The notes beneath the pieces were generated by a model. That model was given only the letters and a program-made list of their open reading frames with translations. It ran no database searches and was not told where the DNA came from. Shown here piece by piece: positions 47,886 through 63,224 of a stretch of 64,000 bases of DNA; the stretch's first letter is position 1; every line of letters begins with the position of its first letter. Origin of the DNA: Escherichia coli. GTDB lineage: Bacteria > Pseudomonadota > Gammaproteobacteria > Enterobacterales > Enterobacteriaceae. Both the position numbers and the translations under genes were made by a program. The stretch is taken from NCBI RefSeq assembly GCF_044324875.1, contig NZ_CP172185.1, one strand, 5' to 3'.

Positions 47886-50030
47886 TTACTGCTGCTGTGC
47901 AGACTGAATCGCAGTCAGCGCGATGGTGTAGACGATATCGTCAACCAGTGCGCCACGGGACAGGTCGTTAACCGGCTTGCGCATACCCTGCAGCATCGGC
48001 CCGATGGAGATCAGGTCGGCAGAACGCTGTACCGCTTTGTAGGTGGTGTTACCGGTGTTCAGATCCGGGAAGATGAACACGGTAGCGCGACCTGCAACCG
48101 GAGAGTTCGGCGCTTTGGATTTCGCAACGTCAGCCATTACCGCAGCGTCGTACTGCAGCGGACCGTCGATCATCAGGTCAGGACGTTTTTCCTGCGCCAG
48201 ACGAGTTGCTTCGCGAACTTTTTCTACGTCGCTACCAGCACCAGAAGTCCCGGTGGAGTAGGAGAGCATAGCAACGCGCGGTTCGATACCGAAGGCCGCA
48301 GCGGAATCAGCGGACTGAATCGCGATTTCTGCCAGCTGTTCTGCGGTCGGATCCGGGTTGATCGCACAGTCACCGTAAACGTAAACCTGTTCCGGCAGCA
48401 GCATGAAGAACACGGAAGATACCAGGGAGCTGCCCGGTGCAGTTTTGATCAGCTGCAGCGGCGGACGGATGGTGTTTGCGGTGGTGTGAACAGCACCGGA
48501 AACCAGACCATCAACTTCATCCTGTTCCAGCATCAGCGTACCGAGAACCACGTTGTCTTCCAGCTGTTCGCGGGCAACGGTTTCGGTCATGCCTTTGTTC
48601 TTACGCAGTTCGACCAGACGACCAACATAGCTTTCGCGAACCACTTCTGGATCAACGATTTCAATGCCTGCACCCAGTTCTACACCCTGAGACGCTGCAA
48701 CACGGTTGATCTCTGCCGGATTACCCAGCAGTACGCAAGTTGCGATACCACGTTCAGCACAGATAGCGGCTGCTTTAACGGTACGCGGTTCGTCACCTTC
48801 CGGCAGAACGATACGTTTGCCCGCTTTGCGCGCAAGTTCGGTCAGCTGATAACGGAACGCTGGCGGAGACAGACGACGGCTGCGCTCAGAAGTGGCAGTC
48901 AGAGAATCGATCCAGTCAGCGTTGATGTAGTTAGCAACGTATTCCTGAACTTTCTCGATACGCTCGTGATCGTCAACCGGAACTTCCAGGTTGAAGCTCT
49001 GCAGGCTCAGAGAAGTCTGCCAGGTGTTGGTGTTCACCATAAATACCGGCAGGCCGGTAGCGAAAGCACGTTCGCACAGTTTAGAAATGCGCGCGTCCAT
49101 TTCGTAGCCGCCAGTCAGCAGCAGGGCACCGATTTCTACGCCGTTCATGGCTGCCAGGCACGCGGCAACCAGCACGTCAGGGCGGTCTGCGGAAGTCACC
49201 AGCAGAGAACCGGCACGGAAGTGCTCCAGCATGTGCGGAATGCTGCGTGCGCAGAAAGTGACGGATTTAACGCGGCGAGTATTGATGTCGCCTTCGTTGA
49301 TGATGGTCGCATTCAGGTGGCGAGCCATATCGATCGCACGAGTCGCGATCAGGTCAAAGCTCCACGGCACAGCGCCGAGAACCGGCAGCGGGCTGGATTC
49401 TTGCAGCTTCGCCGGATCAACATTGTTTACTTTAGCTTTGGAAGAGTCGTCGAAAATCTCGGACAGATCCGGGCGAGTACGACCCTGTTCATCAACCGGT
49501 GCGTTCAGTTTGTTAACGATAACGCCGGTGATGTTGGTGTTTTTGGCACCGCCGAAGCTGTTGCGGGTCAGTTCGATACGCTCTTTCAGCTGTTCCGGGG
49601 TGTCAGTGCCCTGAGACATAACGAAGACGATTTCCGCATTCAGCGTTTTAGCGATTTCGTAGTTCAGAGACTGGGCAAACTGGTGCTTACGTGTCGGGAC
49701 CAGACCTTCAACCAGAACGACTTCAGCGTCTTTGGTGTTAGCGTGGTAGTTTGCGACGATCTCTTCCATCAGCACATCTTTCTGATTGCTGGAAAGCAGA
49801 CCTTCAACGTAGCTCATTTTCAGCGGTTCAGCGGCCGTCGTGGTGGAAGAGTTCGCACGCACGATAGTGGTAGTCTGATCGGGCGCATCGCCACCGGTAC
49901 GCGGCTGAGCGATAGGTTTGAAAACGCTCAGACGAACGCCTTTGCGTTCCATTGCACGGATCACGCCAAGGCTGACGCTGGTCAGACCGACGCTGGTTCC
50001 GGTAGGGATCAGCATAATAATACGGGACAC
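47886..50030 (-). CDS. pta: Phosphate acetyltransferase Pta
   Basis: 714-aa [34 protein letters not shown]... recognised as Pta; the long plus-strand ORF 47874-50090 is antisense to it. Confidence 0.97.
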   Translation of the reverse strand: MSRIIMLIPTGTSVGLTSVSLGVIRAMERKGVRLSVFKPIAQPRTGGDAPDQTTTIVRANSSTTTAAEPLKMSYVEGLLSSNQKDVLMEEIVANYHANTKDAEVVLVEGLVPTRKHQFAQSLNYEIAKTLNAEIVFVMSQGTDTPEQLKERIELTRNSFGGAKNTNITGVIVNKLNAPVDEQGRTRPDLSEIFDDSSKAKVNNVDPAKLQESSPLPVLGAVPWSFDLIATRAIDMARHLNATIINEGDINTRRVKSVTFCARSIPHMLEHFRAGSLLVTSADRPDVLVAACLAAMNGVEIGALLLTGGYEMDARISKLCERAFATGLPVFMVNTNTWQTSLSLQSFNLEVPVDDHERIEKVQEYVANYINADWIDSLTATSERSRRLSPPAFRYQLTELARKAGKRIVLPEGDEPRTVKAAAICAERGIATCVLLGNPAEINRVAASQGVELGAGIEIVDPEVVRESYVGRLVELRKNKGMTETVAREQLEDNVVLGTLMLEQDEVDGLVSGAVHTTANTIRPPLQLIKTAPGSSLVSSVFFMLLPEQVYVYGDCAINPDPTAEQLAEIAIQSADSAAAFGIEPRVAMLSYSTGTSGAGSDVEKVREATRLAQEKRPDLMIDGPLQYDAAVMADVAKSKAPNSPVAGRATVFIFPDLNTGNTTYKAVQRSADLISIGPMLQGMRKPVNDLSRGALVDDIVYTIALTAIQSAQQQ

Positions 50031-50048
50031 GGTTTATCCTCTTTCGTT

Positions 50049-50099
50049 ACCGCCGATTTGGCGGGTTACAAAACAGCACCGCCAGCTTAGCTGGCGGTG
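50049..50099 (-). other. Paired hairpins in the ackA-pta intercistronic region
   Basis: ccgcc-gattt-ggcgg (about 50050-50064) and caccgccag-cttag-ctggcggtg (50077-50099). Confidence 0.4.
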
Positions 50100-50104
50100 T
50101 GAAA

Positions 50105-51307
50105 TCAGGCAGTCAGGCGGCTCGCGTCTTGCGCGATAACCAGTTCTTCGTTGGTTGGGATAACCACTGCAGGACGGGTACCTTCTTTGTTGATGAAACC
50201 AGATTTGCCGAAACGTGCAGCCAGGTTGCGTTCATGATCAACTTCAAAGCCCAGCACGCCCAGTTTGCCCAGAGACAGCTCACGAACCATCGCGGCATTT
50301 TCACCGATACCACCGGTGAATACAACAGCGTCCAGACGACCATCCATCAGCGCAGTGTAGGCACCGATGTATTTCGCCAGGCGGTGGCAGTAAACGTCCA
50401 TTGCGCGCTTCGCGTCTTCTTTCGTCGCGTAGTTGTCTTCAACATAGCGGCAGTCGCTGGTCACTTCGGTCAGACCCAGCAGGCCAGACTCTTTGGTCAG
50501 CAGTTTGTTGATTGCGTCAACGCTCATGCCCAGGGTGTCGTGCAGGTGGAAGATGATCGCCGGATCGATATCACCAGAACGGGTACCCATGACCAGACCT
50601 TCCAGCGGGGTCAGGCCCATAGAGGTGTCAACGCATTTACCGTTGCGGATAGCAGAAACGGAACCACCGTTGCCCAGGTGGCAGGTGATGATGTTCAGTT
50701 CTTCTACCGGTTTGTTCAGCATTTTTGCCGCTTCCTGGGTTACATAGAAGTGGCTGGTGCCGTGCGCGCCGTAACGACGGATGCCGTGCTCTTTGTACAG
50801 GTTGTACGGCAAGGCGTAGAGGTAAGACTCTTCCGGCATAGTCTGATGGAACGCGGTGTCAAATACAGCAACGTTTTTGTCTTTCAGCTGTGGGAAAGAT
50901 TTCAGAGCTTCTTCGATACCGATCAGGTGAGCCGGGTTGTGCAGCGGTGCAAAAGAAGCTGCATCTTTGATACCCTGAATAACAGACTCATCGATCACTA
51001 CGGAGCTGGTATACTTTTCGCCGCCGTGTACGATACGGTGACCGATAGCAGTCAGCTGCGCAGACAGTTCTGGTTTTTGTGCCAGAATAGTATTAACGAT
51101 AAAGTTGAGCGCTTCGCTGTGAGCGGCGCCTGCACCTAAAGCCGCTTCCTGTTTATTGCCGTCCATTTTCCATTTGATACGTGCTTCGGGCAGGTGGAAA
51201 CATTCGGCTAAACCAGAAAGGTACTCTTCACCATTTACTGCATCGATGATGGCAAATTTCAGTGAAGAACTACCGCAGTTCAGAACCAGTACTAACTTAC
51301 TCGACAT
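50105..51307 (-). CDS. ackA: Acetate kinase AckA
   Basis: 400-aa [33 protein letters not shown]... recognised as AckA. Confidence 0.97.
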   Translation of the reverse strand: MSSKLVLVLNCGSSSLKFAIIDAVNGEEYLSGLAECFHLPEARIKWKMDGNKQEAALGAGAAHSEALNFIVNTILAQKPELSAQLTAIGHRIVHGGEKYTSSVVIDESVIQGIKDAASFAPLHNPAHLIGIEEALKSFPQLKDKNVAVFDTAFHQTMPEESYLYALPYNLYKEHGIRRYGAHGTSHFYVTQEAAKMLNKPVEELNIITCHLGNGGSVSAIRNGKCVDTSMGLTPLEGLVMGTRSGDIDPAIIFHLHDTLGMSVDAINKLLTKESGLLGLTEVTSDCRYVEDNYATKEDAKRAMDVYCHRLAKYIGAYTALMDGRLDAVVFTGGIGENAAMVRELSLGKLGVLGFEVDHERNLAARFGKSGFINKEGTRPAVVIPTNEELVIAQDASRLTA

Positions 51308-51644
51308 GGAAGTACCTATAATTGATACGTGGCTAAAAAAACGTCAGGGAGCCATAGAGCGTAGCGCATGATGACACCGACATTTATGATTAACATCATG
51401 CACTGCAAATTTTTTTTGCATGATGGAAGAAATATCTTGAGTCTATGCCATTTTGCGTAATTTTCAGCCAATGGCATAATGTATATGAATTTGACGACTC
51501 AATGAATATGTACTACTTAGGCCTTCAGGCTGCTAAAGGATACCTGATAGTGGGTATGGAAGACAAAATGTTTTGAACGTTGTCCCGCTGAGTTGTGAAT
51601 TTGCACAAATTTTTGAATCTTTATATGTGAAGTTGAGGTGAAGC

Positions 51645-52100
51645 ATGTCAACGCCGGATAATCGTTCTGTTAATTTTTTTAGCTTGTTTCGCCGGGGACA
51701 GCATTACTCAAAGACGTGGCCGCTGGAAAAACGCCTTGCCCCGGTCTTTGTCGAAAATCGCGTTATCAAGATGACGCGTTATGCGATCCGTTTTATGCCG
51801 CCGATCGCCGTATTTACTCTCTGCTGGCAGATTGCCCTGGGCGGTCAGCTTGGGCCGGCAGTTGCCACTGCGCTGTTCGCTTTTAGTTTACCCATGCAGG
51901 GATTGTGGTGGCTGGGCAAACGTTCTGTAACGCCATTACCCCCTGCAATCCTTAACTGGTTTTATGAAGTTCGCGGTAAATTGCAGGAGTCTGGACAGGT
52001 GTTGGCACCCGTTGAAGGCAAGCCTGATTACCAGGCATTAGCTGACACGCTTAAGCGCGCCTTCAAACAACTGGATAAAACTTTCCTTGATGATTTGTAA
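51645..52100 (+). CDS. yfbV: UPF0208 family inner-membrane protein YfbV
   Basis: 151-aa ORF with two hydrophobic segments; divergent from ackA. Confidence 0.85.
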   Translation: MSTPDNRSVNFFSLFRRGQHYSKTWPLEKRLAPVFVENRVIKMTRYAIRFMPPIAVFTLCWQIALGGQLGPAVATALFAFSLPMQGLWWLGKRSVTPLPPAILNWFYEVRGKLQESGQVLAPVEGKPDYQALADTLKRAFKQLDKTFLDDL

Positions 52101-52104
52101 TTGA

Positions 52105-52677
<573 letters not shown>

Positions 52678-52687
52678 GGAGGCCCGC

Positions 52688-53338
52688 GTGCGGTGCAAAG
52701 GTTTTCTGTTTGATCTTGATGGAACGCTGGTGGATTCCCTGCCTGCGGTAGAACGGGCGTGGAGCAACTGGGCCAGACGTCATGGGTTAGCGCCGGAAGA
52801 GGTGCTGGCTTTCATTCACGGTAAACAGGCGATCACCTCTCTGCGCCATTTTATGGCGGGCAAATCCGAGGCTGATATTGCCGCCGAGTTTACGCGTCTG
52901 GAGCAAATCGAGGCCACGGAAACCGAAGGTATTACCGCGCTTCCGGGGGCAATCGCCTTACTCAATCATTTGAATAAAGCAGGTATTCCGTGGGCCATTG
53001 TGACTTCTGGCTCCATGCCGGTAGCGCGAGCGCGCCATAAAATAGCTGGGCTTCCCGCGCCAGAGGTGTTTGTGACCGCTGAGCGAGTGAAGCGCGGAAA
53101 ACCAGAACCTGATGCGTATCTGCTAGGCGCGCAGCTGCTGGGGCTTGCGCCGCAGGAGTGTGTAGTGGTGGAAGATGCTCCCGCTGGCGTGCTTTCTGGC
53201 CTGGCGGCGGGTTGTCATGTCATTGCGGTTAACGCTCCGGCAGATACCCCGCGCCTGAATGAGGTCGATTTGGTCCTCCACAGTCTGGAGCAAATTACTG
53301 TGACCAAACAGCCAAATGGCGATGTTATTATTCAGTGA
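52688..53338 (+). CDS. yfbT: HAD-family sugar phosphatase YfbT (HxpA)
   Basis: 216-aa ORF starting at GTG 52688 with HAD motif I (FLFDLDGTL). Confidence 0.9.
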   Translation: MRCKGFLFDLDGTLVDSLPAVERAWSNWARRHGLAPEEVLAFIHGKQAITSLRHFMAGKSEADIAAEFTRLEQIEATETEGITALPGAIALLNHLNKAGIPWAIVTSGSMPVARARHKIAGLPAPEVFVTAERVKRGKPEPDAYLLGAQLLGLAPQECVVVEDAPAGVLSGLAAGCHVIAVNAPADTPRLNEVDLVLHSLEQITVTKQPNGDVIIQ

Positions 53339-53356
53339 AACACCTGATCATGATTT

Positions 53357-53381
53357 AGCCCCGTCTCGTCGGGGCTTTTTT
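53357..53381 (+). terminator. Rho-independent terminator of yfbT
   Basis: agccccg-tctcgt-cggggct hairpin followed by a T-run. Confidence 0.75.
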
Positions 53382-53424
53382 ATGGCAGAATCAAGTCATC
53401 CCCCTCAATTAACAAGGATAAGTT

Positions 53425-55257
53425 GTGAACGGTGAATTGATTTGGGTTCTTTCATTACTGGCCGTTGCCATCATCTTGTTTGCGACGGGCAGAGTGCGTA
53501 TGGATGCGGTCGCTTTGTTTGTTATTGTCGCGTTTGCATTAAGCGGAACGCTGACGGTCCCCGAAGTATTTTCCGGCTTTTCCGATCCTAACGTTGTCCT
53601 GATTGCCGCCTTGTTCATTATTGGCGATGGTTTGGTCCGTACCGGTGTTGCCACTGTAATGGGGACATGGCTGGTCAAAGTGGCGGGCAACAGTGAAATC
53701 AAAATGTTGGTTTTGTTGATGCTGACCGTCGCGGGGCTTGGCGCGTTTATGAGTTCAACCGGCGTTGTCGCTATCTTTATTCCCGTGGTGTTAAGCGTTG
53801 CCATGCGTATGCAAACGTCGCCGTCGCGCCTGATGATGCCGTTAAGTTTTGCCGGGCTGATAAGCGGCATGATGACGCTGGTGGCGACGCCGCCGAACCT
53901 GGTAGTCAACAGTGAATTGCTGCGTGAAGGCTATCATGGTTTTAGTTTCTTTAGCGTAACACCTATTGGCCTGGTCGTGCTGGTGCTGGGTATTTTGTAT
54001 ATGTTAGTGATGCGTTTCATGCTGAAAGGGGATACCCAGACCCCGCAGCGCGAAGGCTGGACGCGCCGAACCTTTCGCGATCTTATCCGTGAATATCGAC
54101 TGACCGGGCGTGCGCGTCGTCTGGCTATTCGCCCCGGTTCGCCAATGATTGGTCAACGGCTGGACGATCTCAAACTACGTGAGCGTTATGGCGCTAACGT
54201 CATCGGTGTTGAACGCTGGCGGCGTTTTCGTCGCGTTATCGTGAATGTTAACGGGGTTTCTGAATTTCGCGCGCGTGACGTTTTGCTTATTGATATGTCT
54301 GCGGCTGATGTCGATCTCCGGCAATTTTGTAGTGAGCAGTTGCTGGAGCCGATGGTACTACGCGGCGAGTATTTTTCTGACCAGGCACTTGATGTGGGCA
54401 TGGCAGAGATTTCATTAATTCCTGAGTCTGAACTTATTGGTAAATCGGTGCGCGAAATTGGTTTTCGTACCCGCTACGGACTGAATGTGGTGGGGCTAAA
54501 GCGCAATGGCGAGGCGATGGAAGGTTCGCTGGCGGATGAGCCTCTGCTGCTGGGCGATATCATCCTGGTTGTGGGTAACTGGAAACTGATCGGTATGCTG
54601 GCAAAACAGGGGCGTGACTTTGTGGCGCTGAACTTACCAGAAGAAGTGAGTGAAGCATCGCCAGCACACAGTCAGGCACCTCATGCCATTTTTTGCCTGG
54701 TGTTGATGGTGGCGTTAATGCTTACCGATGAAATCCCTAATCCTGTTGCCGCTATCATCGCCTGCCTGCTGATGGGGAAATTCCGCTGTATCGATGCTGA
54801 AAGCGCCTATAAATCCATTCACTGGCCGAGCATTATTTTGATCGTTGGGATGATGCCGTTTGCTGTGGCATTACAGAAAACGGGAGGTGTCGCGCTGGCG
54901 GTGAAAGGGCTGATGGACATTGGCGGCGGTTATGGGCCACATATGATGCTGGGTTGTTTGTTTGTCTTGTCGGCGGTTATTGGGCTGTTTATCTCTAATA
55001 CCGCTACGGCGGTGTTGATGGCTCCGATTGCGCTGGCTGCTGCCAAAACGATGGGTGTGTCGCCTTATCCATTTGCGATGGTCGTGGCGATGGCAGCATC
55101 CGCCGCCTTTATGACGCCGGTTTCTTCACCTGTTAACACACTGGTTTTAGGTCCGGGAAATTACAGCTTCAGTGACTTTGTGAAGTTGGGGGTACCGTTC
55201 ACCATTATCGTGATGGCGGTTTGTGTGGTGATGATCCCGATGCTGTTTCCGTTTTGA
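53425..55257 (+). CDS. yfbS: Putative transporter YfbS (membrane domains flanking two cytoplasmic TrkA-C-like domains)
   Basis: 610-aa ORF starting at GTG 53425; hydrophobic N- and C-terminal halves around a central soluble region. Confidence 0.88.
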   Translation: MNGELIWVLSLLAVAIILFATGRVRMDAVALFVIVAFALSGTLTVPEVFSGFSDPNVVLIAALFIIGDGLVRTGVATVMGTWLVKVAGNSEIKMLVLLMLTVAGLGAFMSSTGVVAIFIPVVLSVAMRMQTSPSRLMMPLSFAGLISGMMTLVATPPNLVVNSELLREGYHGFSFFSVTPIGLVVLVLGILYMLVMRFMLKGDTQTPQREGWTRRTFRDLIREYRLTGRARRLAIRPGSPMIGQRLDDLKLRERYGANVIGVERWRRFRRVIVNVNGVSEFRARDVLLIDMSAADVDLRQFCSEQLLEPMVLRGEYFSDQALDVGMAEISLIPESELIGKSVREIGFRTRYGLNVVGLKRNGEAMEGSLADEPLLLGDIILVVGNWKLIGMLAKQGRDFVALNLPEEVSEASPAHSQAPHAIFCLVLMVALMLTDEIPNPVAAIIACLLMGKFRCIDAESAYKSIHWPSIILIVGMMPFAVALQKTGGVALAVKGLMDIGGGYGPHMMLGCLFVLSAVIGLFISNTATAVLMAPIALAAAKTMGVSPYPFAMVVAMAASAAFMTPVSSPVNTLVLGPGNYSFSDFVKLGVPFTIIVMAVCVVMIPMLFPF

Positions 55258-55262
55258 CAAGA

Positions 55263-55302
55263 GCCTGATGTCGCATCCGGCGCTTATTGCCTGATGCGAC
55301 GC
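55263..55302. repeat. REP-like palindromic element between convergent yfbS and yfbR
   Basis: gcctgatgtcgcatccggcgcttattgcctgatgcgacgc. Confidence 0.5.
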
Positions 55303-55315
55303 AGACTCCAGCTGC

Positions 55316-55915
55316 TTACAGCGGTGAATCCTGGCTAATCTCATCGAGCGAAAGATGGAAGCTGGGAACAAAGACTTCCATGAAGTAGTCCATCTCCTGG
55401 CTGCGGCGCGCTTCAAGCGTCGCTTCCAGTCGCGTTTTTGCCAGCAAGAATTCATTATTTCCCGCCGCGAGTTCTTCCAGACATTTCAGATATGCACACA
55501 GTGCATCTGCCTGTTTCACCAGCGATTTTTCTTCATCGCTATATGCATGCTCGTCAATTAACGGCGCAAAGATATCCCGCAGCTCTTCCGGAACCATATC
55601 GACCAGTTTTTGCTGAGCGATTTTTTCAATCGCCTTGTACTCCTGAGCGATTTGCGAATTGAAGTATTTCACCGGAGTAGGGAGATCGCCGGTGAGCACT
55701 TCTGAGGCATCGTGGTACATCGCCAGTAAAGCGATACGTTCGGCGTTGACATTACCGCCAAATTTCCGATTTTTGATAGCTGCCAGCGCATGGGCGACCA
55801 TCGCTACCTGCAAACTGTGTTCGGACACATTTTCAGTCCGCACGTTGCGCATCAGCGGCCAGCGGTTAATGAGTTTCAGGCGGGAGAGATGGGCAAAAAA
55901 ATGGCTCTGTTTCAT
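55316..55915 (-). CDS. yfbR: HD-domain 5'-deoxynucleotidase YfbR
   Basis: 199-aa [45 protein letters not shown]... with HD motif. Confidence 0.93.
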
Positions 55916-55998
55916 AGTGACCTTACGTATGATGACATCATCAGGTCATTGTGGCGGGATAACACTGCCGGATGCAATCTCCGGCAGTGAAATTAAGA

Positions 55999-57216
55999 TT
56001 ACAGCTGATGATAACCAGAAAGGAAACGCGCGAACTTGCTCAAAGACAGCTCGATATCATCGACACGCGGTAGCGTGACAATGCGGAAGTGATCCGGCCA
56101 CGGCCAGTTGAATGCCGTCCCTTGCACCAACAGAACTTTTTCCTGCAACAGGAAATCCAGCACCATTTTCTGATCGTCGTGAATATTAAAGCGTTTGGCG
56201 TCGATTTTCGGGAACATGTACAGCGCACCACGAGGTTTCACGCAGGAAACGCCCGGAATATCATTGATCAATTCCCATGCGCGGTTACGCTGCTCATAAA
56301 GACGACCGCCAGGGGTAATAAATTCACTGATGCTCTGATAACCGCCTAGTGCAGTCTGAATGGCGTGTTGCGCAGGAACGTTAGCACACAAACGCATTGA
56401 AGCCAGCATTTCCAGACCTTCGATGTAACCTTTGGCGTGTTTTTTCGGCCCGTTCAACACCATCCACCCCTGACGGAAGCCAGCAACGCGGTACGTTTTC
56501 GACAGTCCGTTAAAGGTAATAGTCAGCAGATCAGGTGCCAGCGGCGCAATTGAGTGATGCTCAGCGTCGTCGTAGAGAATTTTGTCATAAATTTCATCGG
56601 CGAAGATAATGAGATTATGCTGACGTGCAATCTCCACTATCTCCATTAAAAGCTCTTTGGAATATACCGCGCCAGTTGGGTTATTTGGGTTGATAATAAC
56701 GATCCCACGCGTACGAGGCGTAATTTTAGCGCGAATATCATCAAGGTCCGGGAACCAGTCAGAGGATTCATCGCAAAGATAATGCACCGCTTTACCGCTG
56801 GAGAGCGAAACCGCCGCGGTCCATAGTGGGTAATCAGGTGCAGGAACCAACATTTCGTCGCCGCTGTTCAGCAATGCCTGCATTGCCTGAACGATAAGCT
56901 CCGATACACCATTGCCGATGTAAATATCTTCCACGGTAACATCACGCATGCCACGAGCCTGGTAGTGCTGCATGATGGCTTTACGCGCGGAGTAAAGCCC
57001 TTTGGAATCGCAATACCCTTGAGCGGTAGGCAGGTTGCGAATCACGTCAACGAGGATTTCATCTGGCGCGTCAAAACCGAACGGGGCAGGGTTGCCGATG
57101 TTCAGTTTCAGTACCTTGTTACCTTCTTCTTCCAGGCGTTTTGCTTCTTTCAGCACCGGACCACGGATGTCGTAACAGACATTCTCTAATTTGCTGGATT
57201 TTTCAATGGGGGACAT
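55999..57216 (-). CDS. alaA: Glutamate-pyruvate aminotransferase AlaA (YfbQ)
   Basis: 405-aa ORF; PLP fold-type I aminotransferase with Schiff-base lysine context (FNGLSKTYRVAGFRQGW). Confidence 0.95.
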   Translation of the reverse strand: MSPIEKSSKLENVCYDIRGPVLKEAKRLEEEGNKVLKLNIGNPAPFGFDAPDEILVDVIRNLPTAQGYCDSKGLYSARKAIMQHYQARGMRDVTVEDIYIGNGVSELIVQAMQALLNSGDEMLVPAPDYPLWTAAVSLSSGKAVHYLCDESSDWFPDLDDIRAKITPRTRGIVIINPNNPTGAVYSKELLMEIVEIARQHNLIIFADEIYDKILYDDAEHHSIAPLAPDLLTITFNGLSKTYRVAGFRQGWMVLNGPKKHAKGYIEGLEMLASMRLCANVPAQHAIQTALGGYQSISEFITPGGRLYEQRNRAWELINDIPGVSCVKPRGALYMFPKIDAKRFNIHDDQKMVLDFLLQEKVLLVQGTAFNWPWPDHFRIVTLPRVDDIELSLSKFARFLSGYHQL

Positions 57217-59074
<1,858 letters not shown>

Positions 59075-59117
59075 TCGACGGACCATAGATAATTTCTGAG
59101 ACAATAGTGTAAAAACG

Positions 59118-59156
59118 AGCCGCTGGGGGTGTTTTAAACCCCAGCGGCTTTTTTTT
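59118..59156 (+). terminator. Rho-independent terminator of lrhA
   Basis: 11-bp stem agccgctgggg / ccccagcggct with a 10-nt loop, followed by a run of eight T. Confidence 0.8.
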
Positions 59157-59703
59157 AGTAAAAAGCCTTCCTCGTATCGTGCAGAACGTACAAAACTGTT
59201 CATTTTTCAATCACCAGAGATTCACGTCCCGAACGCACAAATAATCGCCTGAAAAAAATCACCTGCTACAATGATGTTAAAAAATACGTAAATTTGTTGC
59301 TGCGTTTTTGTTATGGAATGACAAAAGCGTGTCACAGATCAAGAAAATACTCTCTTTTGGGGGGAGGAATCGACACAAATTCCTGTCAAAATAGACCCGT
59401 ATTTTTTCCATTGCTTCACAACGGACACGATTCAACAACATCTAATTATCCTGGAGTCGTCAAGGATCTGGGGTGAAAGGGCATTAAATGCTAATGGTGT
59501 TGATATTATGTAAACTAATGTGAAGAAACTTTTGTTAAAGTTGACAAAAGGTTATAGAAAGGAGTAAAAGACCACATCAATTAGCTGTATAAAAGAATTT
59601 CTACAGTGATTGTAAGGTTTTTTTTATTCCTCCCCATGAATCGATGTGGCGTCCATCTGCCGTGAAGAGCAGTGAATCTGGCGCTACTTTTGATGAGTAA
59701 GCA
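59157..59703 (+). promoter_or_regulatory. nuo operon promoter and regulatory region
   Basis: About 550 bp of noncoding, AT-rich DNA immediately upstream of nuoA; the nuo promoter region is known to bind several global regulators; individual sites not resolved here. Confidence 0.5.
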
Positions 59704-60147
59704 ATGAGTATGTCAACATCCACTGAAGTCATCGCTCATCACTGGGCATTCGCTATCTTTCTTATCGTTGCCATTGGCCTGTGTTGCCTGATGCTGGTAG
59801 GCGGTTGGTTTTTAGGCGGTCGCGCACGCGCAAGGTCGAAAAACGTTCCGTTTGAATCCGGTATCGACTCGGTCGGCTCCGCCCGCTTACGCCTGTCCGC
59901 CAAGTTTTATCTGGTGGCCATGTTCTTCGTTATCTTCGACGTTGAAGCGCTGTATCTGTTCGCATGGTCAACCTCTATCCGCGAAAGCGGCTGGGTAGGC
60001 TTTGTGGAAGCTGCAATTTTTATTTTTGTGTTACTGGCAGGTCTGGTTTATCTGGTGCGTATTGGCGCGCTGGACTGGACGCCCGCGCGTTCACGCCGCG
60101 AGCGTATGAACCCGGAAACGAACAGTATCGCTAATCGTCAACGCTAA
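59704..60147 (+). CDS. nuoA: NADH-quinone oxidoreductase subunit A
   Basis: 147-aa membrane [29 protein letters not shown]... Confidence 0.97.
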
Positions 60148-60162
60148 CCGCGAGGCATTAAG

Positions 60163-60825
60163 ATGGATTATACGCTCACCCGCATAGATCCCAACGGTGA
60201 GAACGACCGTTACCCCCTGCAAAAGCAGGAGATCGTAACCGACCCTCTGGAGCAAGAAGTTAACAAAAACGTGTTTATGGGCAAGCTCAATGACATGGTT
60301 AACTGGGGTCGTAAAAACTCAATTTGGCCGTATAACTTCGGTCTTTCCTGCTGTTACGTTGAGATGGTGACTTCGTTTACCGCGGTGCATGACGTGGCGC
60401 GTTTTGGCGCAGAAGTATTGCGTGCTTCGCCGCGTCAGGCTGACCTGATGGTCGTTGCAGGAACCTGCTTTACCAAAATGGCACCGGTTATTCAGCGTCT
60501 GTATGACCAGATGTTGGAACCAAAATGGGTTATCTCAATGGGTGCCTGTGCCAACTCCGGCGGTATGTACGATATTTATTCCGTTGTGCAGGGCGTCGAT
60601 AAATTCATCCCGGTTGATGTGTATATCCCGGGCTGCCCTCCGCGTCCTGAAGCGTACATGCAGGCACTGATGCTGTTGCAGGAATCTATCGGTAAAGAAC
60701 GTCGTCCGCTCTCCTGGGTGGTTGGCGATCAGGGCGTTTATCGCGCCAACATGCAATCAGAGCGCGAACGCAAGCGCGGTGAACGCATTGCCGTAACCAA
60801 CCTGCGTACACCTGACGAGATTTAA
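60163..60825 (+). CDS. nuoB: NADH-quinone oxidoreductase subunit B (N2 Fe-S cluster)
   Basis: 220-aa ORF with the CC...C...CP cysteine pattern. Confidence 0.97.
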
Positions 60826-60918
60826 TTTGCGCCTGTCGGCAAAGGGATTTTTCTTCGCTTATTCCTAAATCTATTTCGCGAAGCTTACTGCGCCGACAGT
60901 CACCACGGACCATTTGCA

Positions 60919-62721
60919 ATGGTGAACAATATGACCGACTTAACCGCGCAAGAACCCGCCTGGCAGACCCGCGATCATCTTGATGATCCGGTGATTGGCG
61001 AACTGCGCAACCGTTTTGGGCCGGATGCCTTTACTGTTCAGGCGACTCGCACCGGGGTTCCCGTTGTGTGGATCAAGCGTGAACAATTACTGGAAGTGGG
61101 CGATTTCTTAAAGAAACTGCCGAAACCTTACGTCATGCTGTTTGACTTACACGGCATGGACGAACGTCTGCGCACACACCGCGAAGGGTTACCTGCCGCG
61201 GATTTTTCCGTTTTCTACCATCTGATTTCTATCGATCGTAACCGCGACATCATGCTGAAGGTGGCGCTGGCAGAAAACGACCTGCACGTACCGACCTTCA
61301 CCAAACTGTTCCCGAACGCTAACTGGTATGAGCGTGAAACCTGGGATCTGTTTGGCATTACTTTCGACGGTCACCCGAACCTGCGCCGCATCATGATGCC
61401 GCAAACCTGGAAAGGTCACCCGCTGCGTAAAGATTATCCGGCGCGCGCTACCGAATTCTCGCCGTTTGAGCTGACCAAAGCCAAACAGGACCTGGAGATG
61501 GAAGCCCTGACCTTCAAACCGGAAGAGTGGGGGATGAAGCGCGGCACCGAAAACGAGGACTTCATGTTCCTCAACCTCGGCCCGAACCACCCGTCGGCGC
61601 ACGGGGCTTTCCGTATCGTTTTGCAGCTCGATGGCGAAGAGATTGTCGACTGCGTACCAGACATCGGCTACCACCACCGTGGTGCGGAGAAAATGGGCGA
61701 GCGCCAGTCCTGGCATAGCTACATTCCGTATACCGACCGTATCGAATACCTCGGCGGCTGCGTTAACGAAATGCCTTACGTGCTGGCTGTAGAGAAACTG
61801 GCCGGGATCACCGTGCCGGATCGCGTTAACGTCATTCGCGTAATGCTTTCTGAGCTGTTCCGCATCAACAGCCATCTGCTGTATATCTCCACCTTTATTC
61901 AGGACGTCGGCGCGATGACGCCAGTGTTCTTCGCCTTTACCGATCGTCAGAAAATTTACGATCTGGTGGAAGCAATCACTGGTTTTCGTATGCACCCGGC
62001 GTGGTTCCGTATTGGCGGCGTAGCGCACGACCTGCCGCGTGGCTGGGATCGCCTGCTGCGTGAGTTCCTCGACTGGATGCCGAAACGTCTGGCGTCTTAC
62101 GAGAAAGCGGCGCTGCAAAACACCATTCTGAAAGGTCGTTCCCAGGGCGTTGCCGCCTATGGCGCGAAAGAGGCGCTGGAGTGGGGCACCACCGGCGCGG
62201 GCCTGCGTGCTACCGGGATCGACTTCGACGTGCGTAAGGCGCGTCCGTATTCTGGCTATGAAAACTTCGACTTTGAAATTCCGGTGGGCGGTGGTGTTTC
62301 TGACTGCTACACCCGCGTAATGCTGAAAGTAGAAGAGTTGCGCCAGAGTCTGCGCATTCTTGAGCAGTGCCTCAACAACATGCCGGAAGGCCCGTTCAAA
62401 GCGGATCACCCGCTGACCACGCCGCCGCCGAAAGAGCGCACGCTGCAACATATCGAAACCCTGATCACCCACTTCCTGCAAGTGTCGTGGGGTCCGGTGA
62501 TGCCTGCCAATGAATCCTTCCAGATGATTGAGGCGACCAAAGGGATCAACAGTTACTACCTGACCAGCGACGGTAGCACCATGAGTTATCGCACCCGTAT
62601 CCGCACGCCGAGTTATGCGCATTTGCAGCAAATTCCGGCGGCGATCCGCGGCAGCCTGGTGTCTGACCTGATTGTTTATCTGGGCAGTATCGATTTTGTT
62701 ATGTCAGATGTGGACCGCTAA
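60919..62721 (+). CDS. nuoC: NADH-quinone oxidoreductase fused subunit C/D
   Basis: 600-aa [38 protein letters not shown]...; the long minus-strand ORF 61189-62631 is antisense to it. Confidence 0.97.
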
Positions 62722-62723
62722 TT

Positions 62724-63224
62724 ATGCACGAGAATCAACAACCACAAACCGAGGCTTTTGAGCTGAGTGCGGCAGAGCGTGAAGCGATTGAGCACGAGAT
62801 GCACCACTACGAAGACCCGCGTGCGGCGTCCATTGAAGCGCTGAAAATCGTTCAGAAGCAGCGTGGCTGGGTGCCGGATGGCGCGATCCACGCGATCGCC
62901 GATGTGCTGGGTATTCCGGCGAGCGACGTCGAAGGCGTGGCAACGTTCTACAGCCAGATCTTCCGCCAGCCGGTTGGCCGCCATGTGATCCGTTATTGCG
63001 ACAGCGTGGTCTGTCATATCAACGGTTATCAGGGTATTCAGGCGGCGCTCGAGAAAAAGCTGAACATCAAACCAGGGCAAACGACATTTGATGGCCGCTT
63101 TACGCTGCTGCCAACTTGCTGCCTGGGGAACTGTGATAAAGGGCCAAACATGATGATCGATGAGGACACTCACGCGCATCTGACCCCGGAAGCGATCCCT
63201 GAACTGCTGGAGCGGTATAAATGA
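62724..63224 (+). CDS. nuoE: NADH-quinone oxidoreductase subunit E (2Fe-2S)
   Basis: 166-aa ORF with thioredoxin-like ferredoxin Cys pattern; stop overlaps the nuoF start. Confidence 0.97.

Noticed and set aside
47874..50090. 738-aa plus-strand ORF, plus similar long ORFs at 50099-51139, 61189-62631 and 23080-24264
   Set aside because: They lie antisense to pta, ackA, nuoCD and fabB, whose translations are unmistakable. The antisense products are Arg/Ser/Gly-rich and low-complexity, the usual artefact of stop-poor antisense frames in GC-rich, strongly codon-biased genes.
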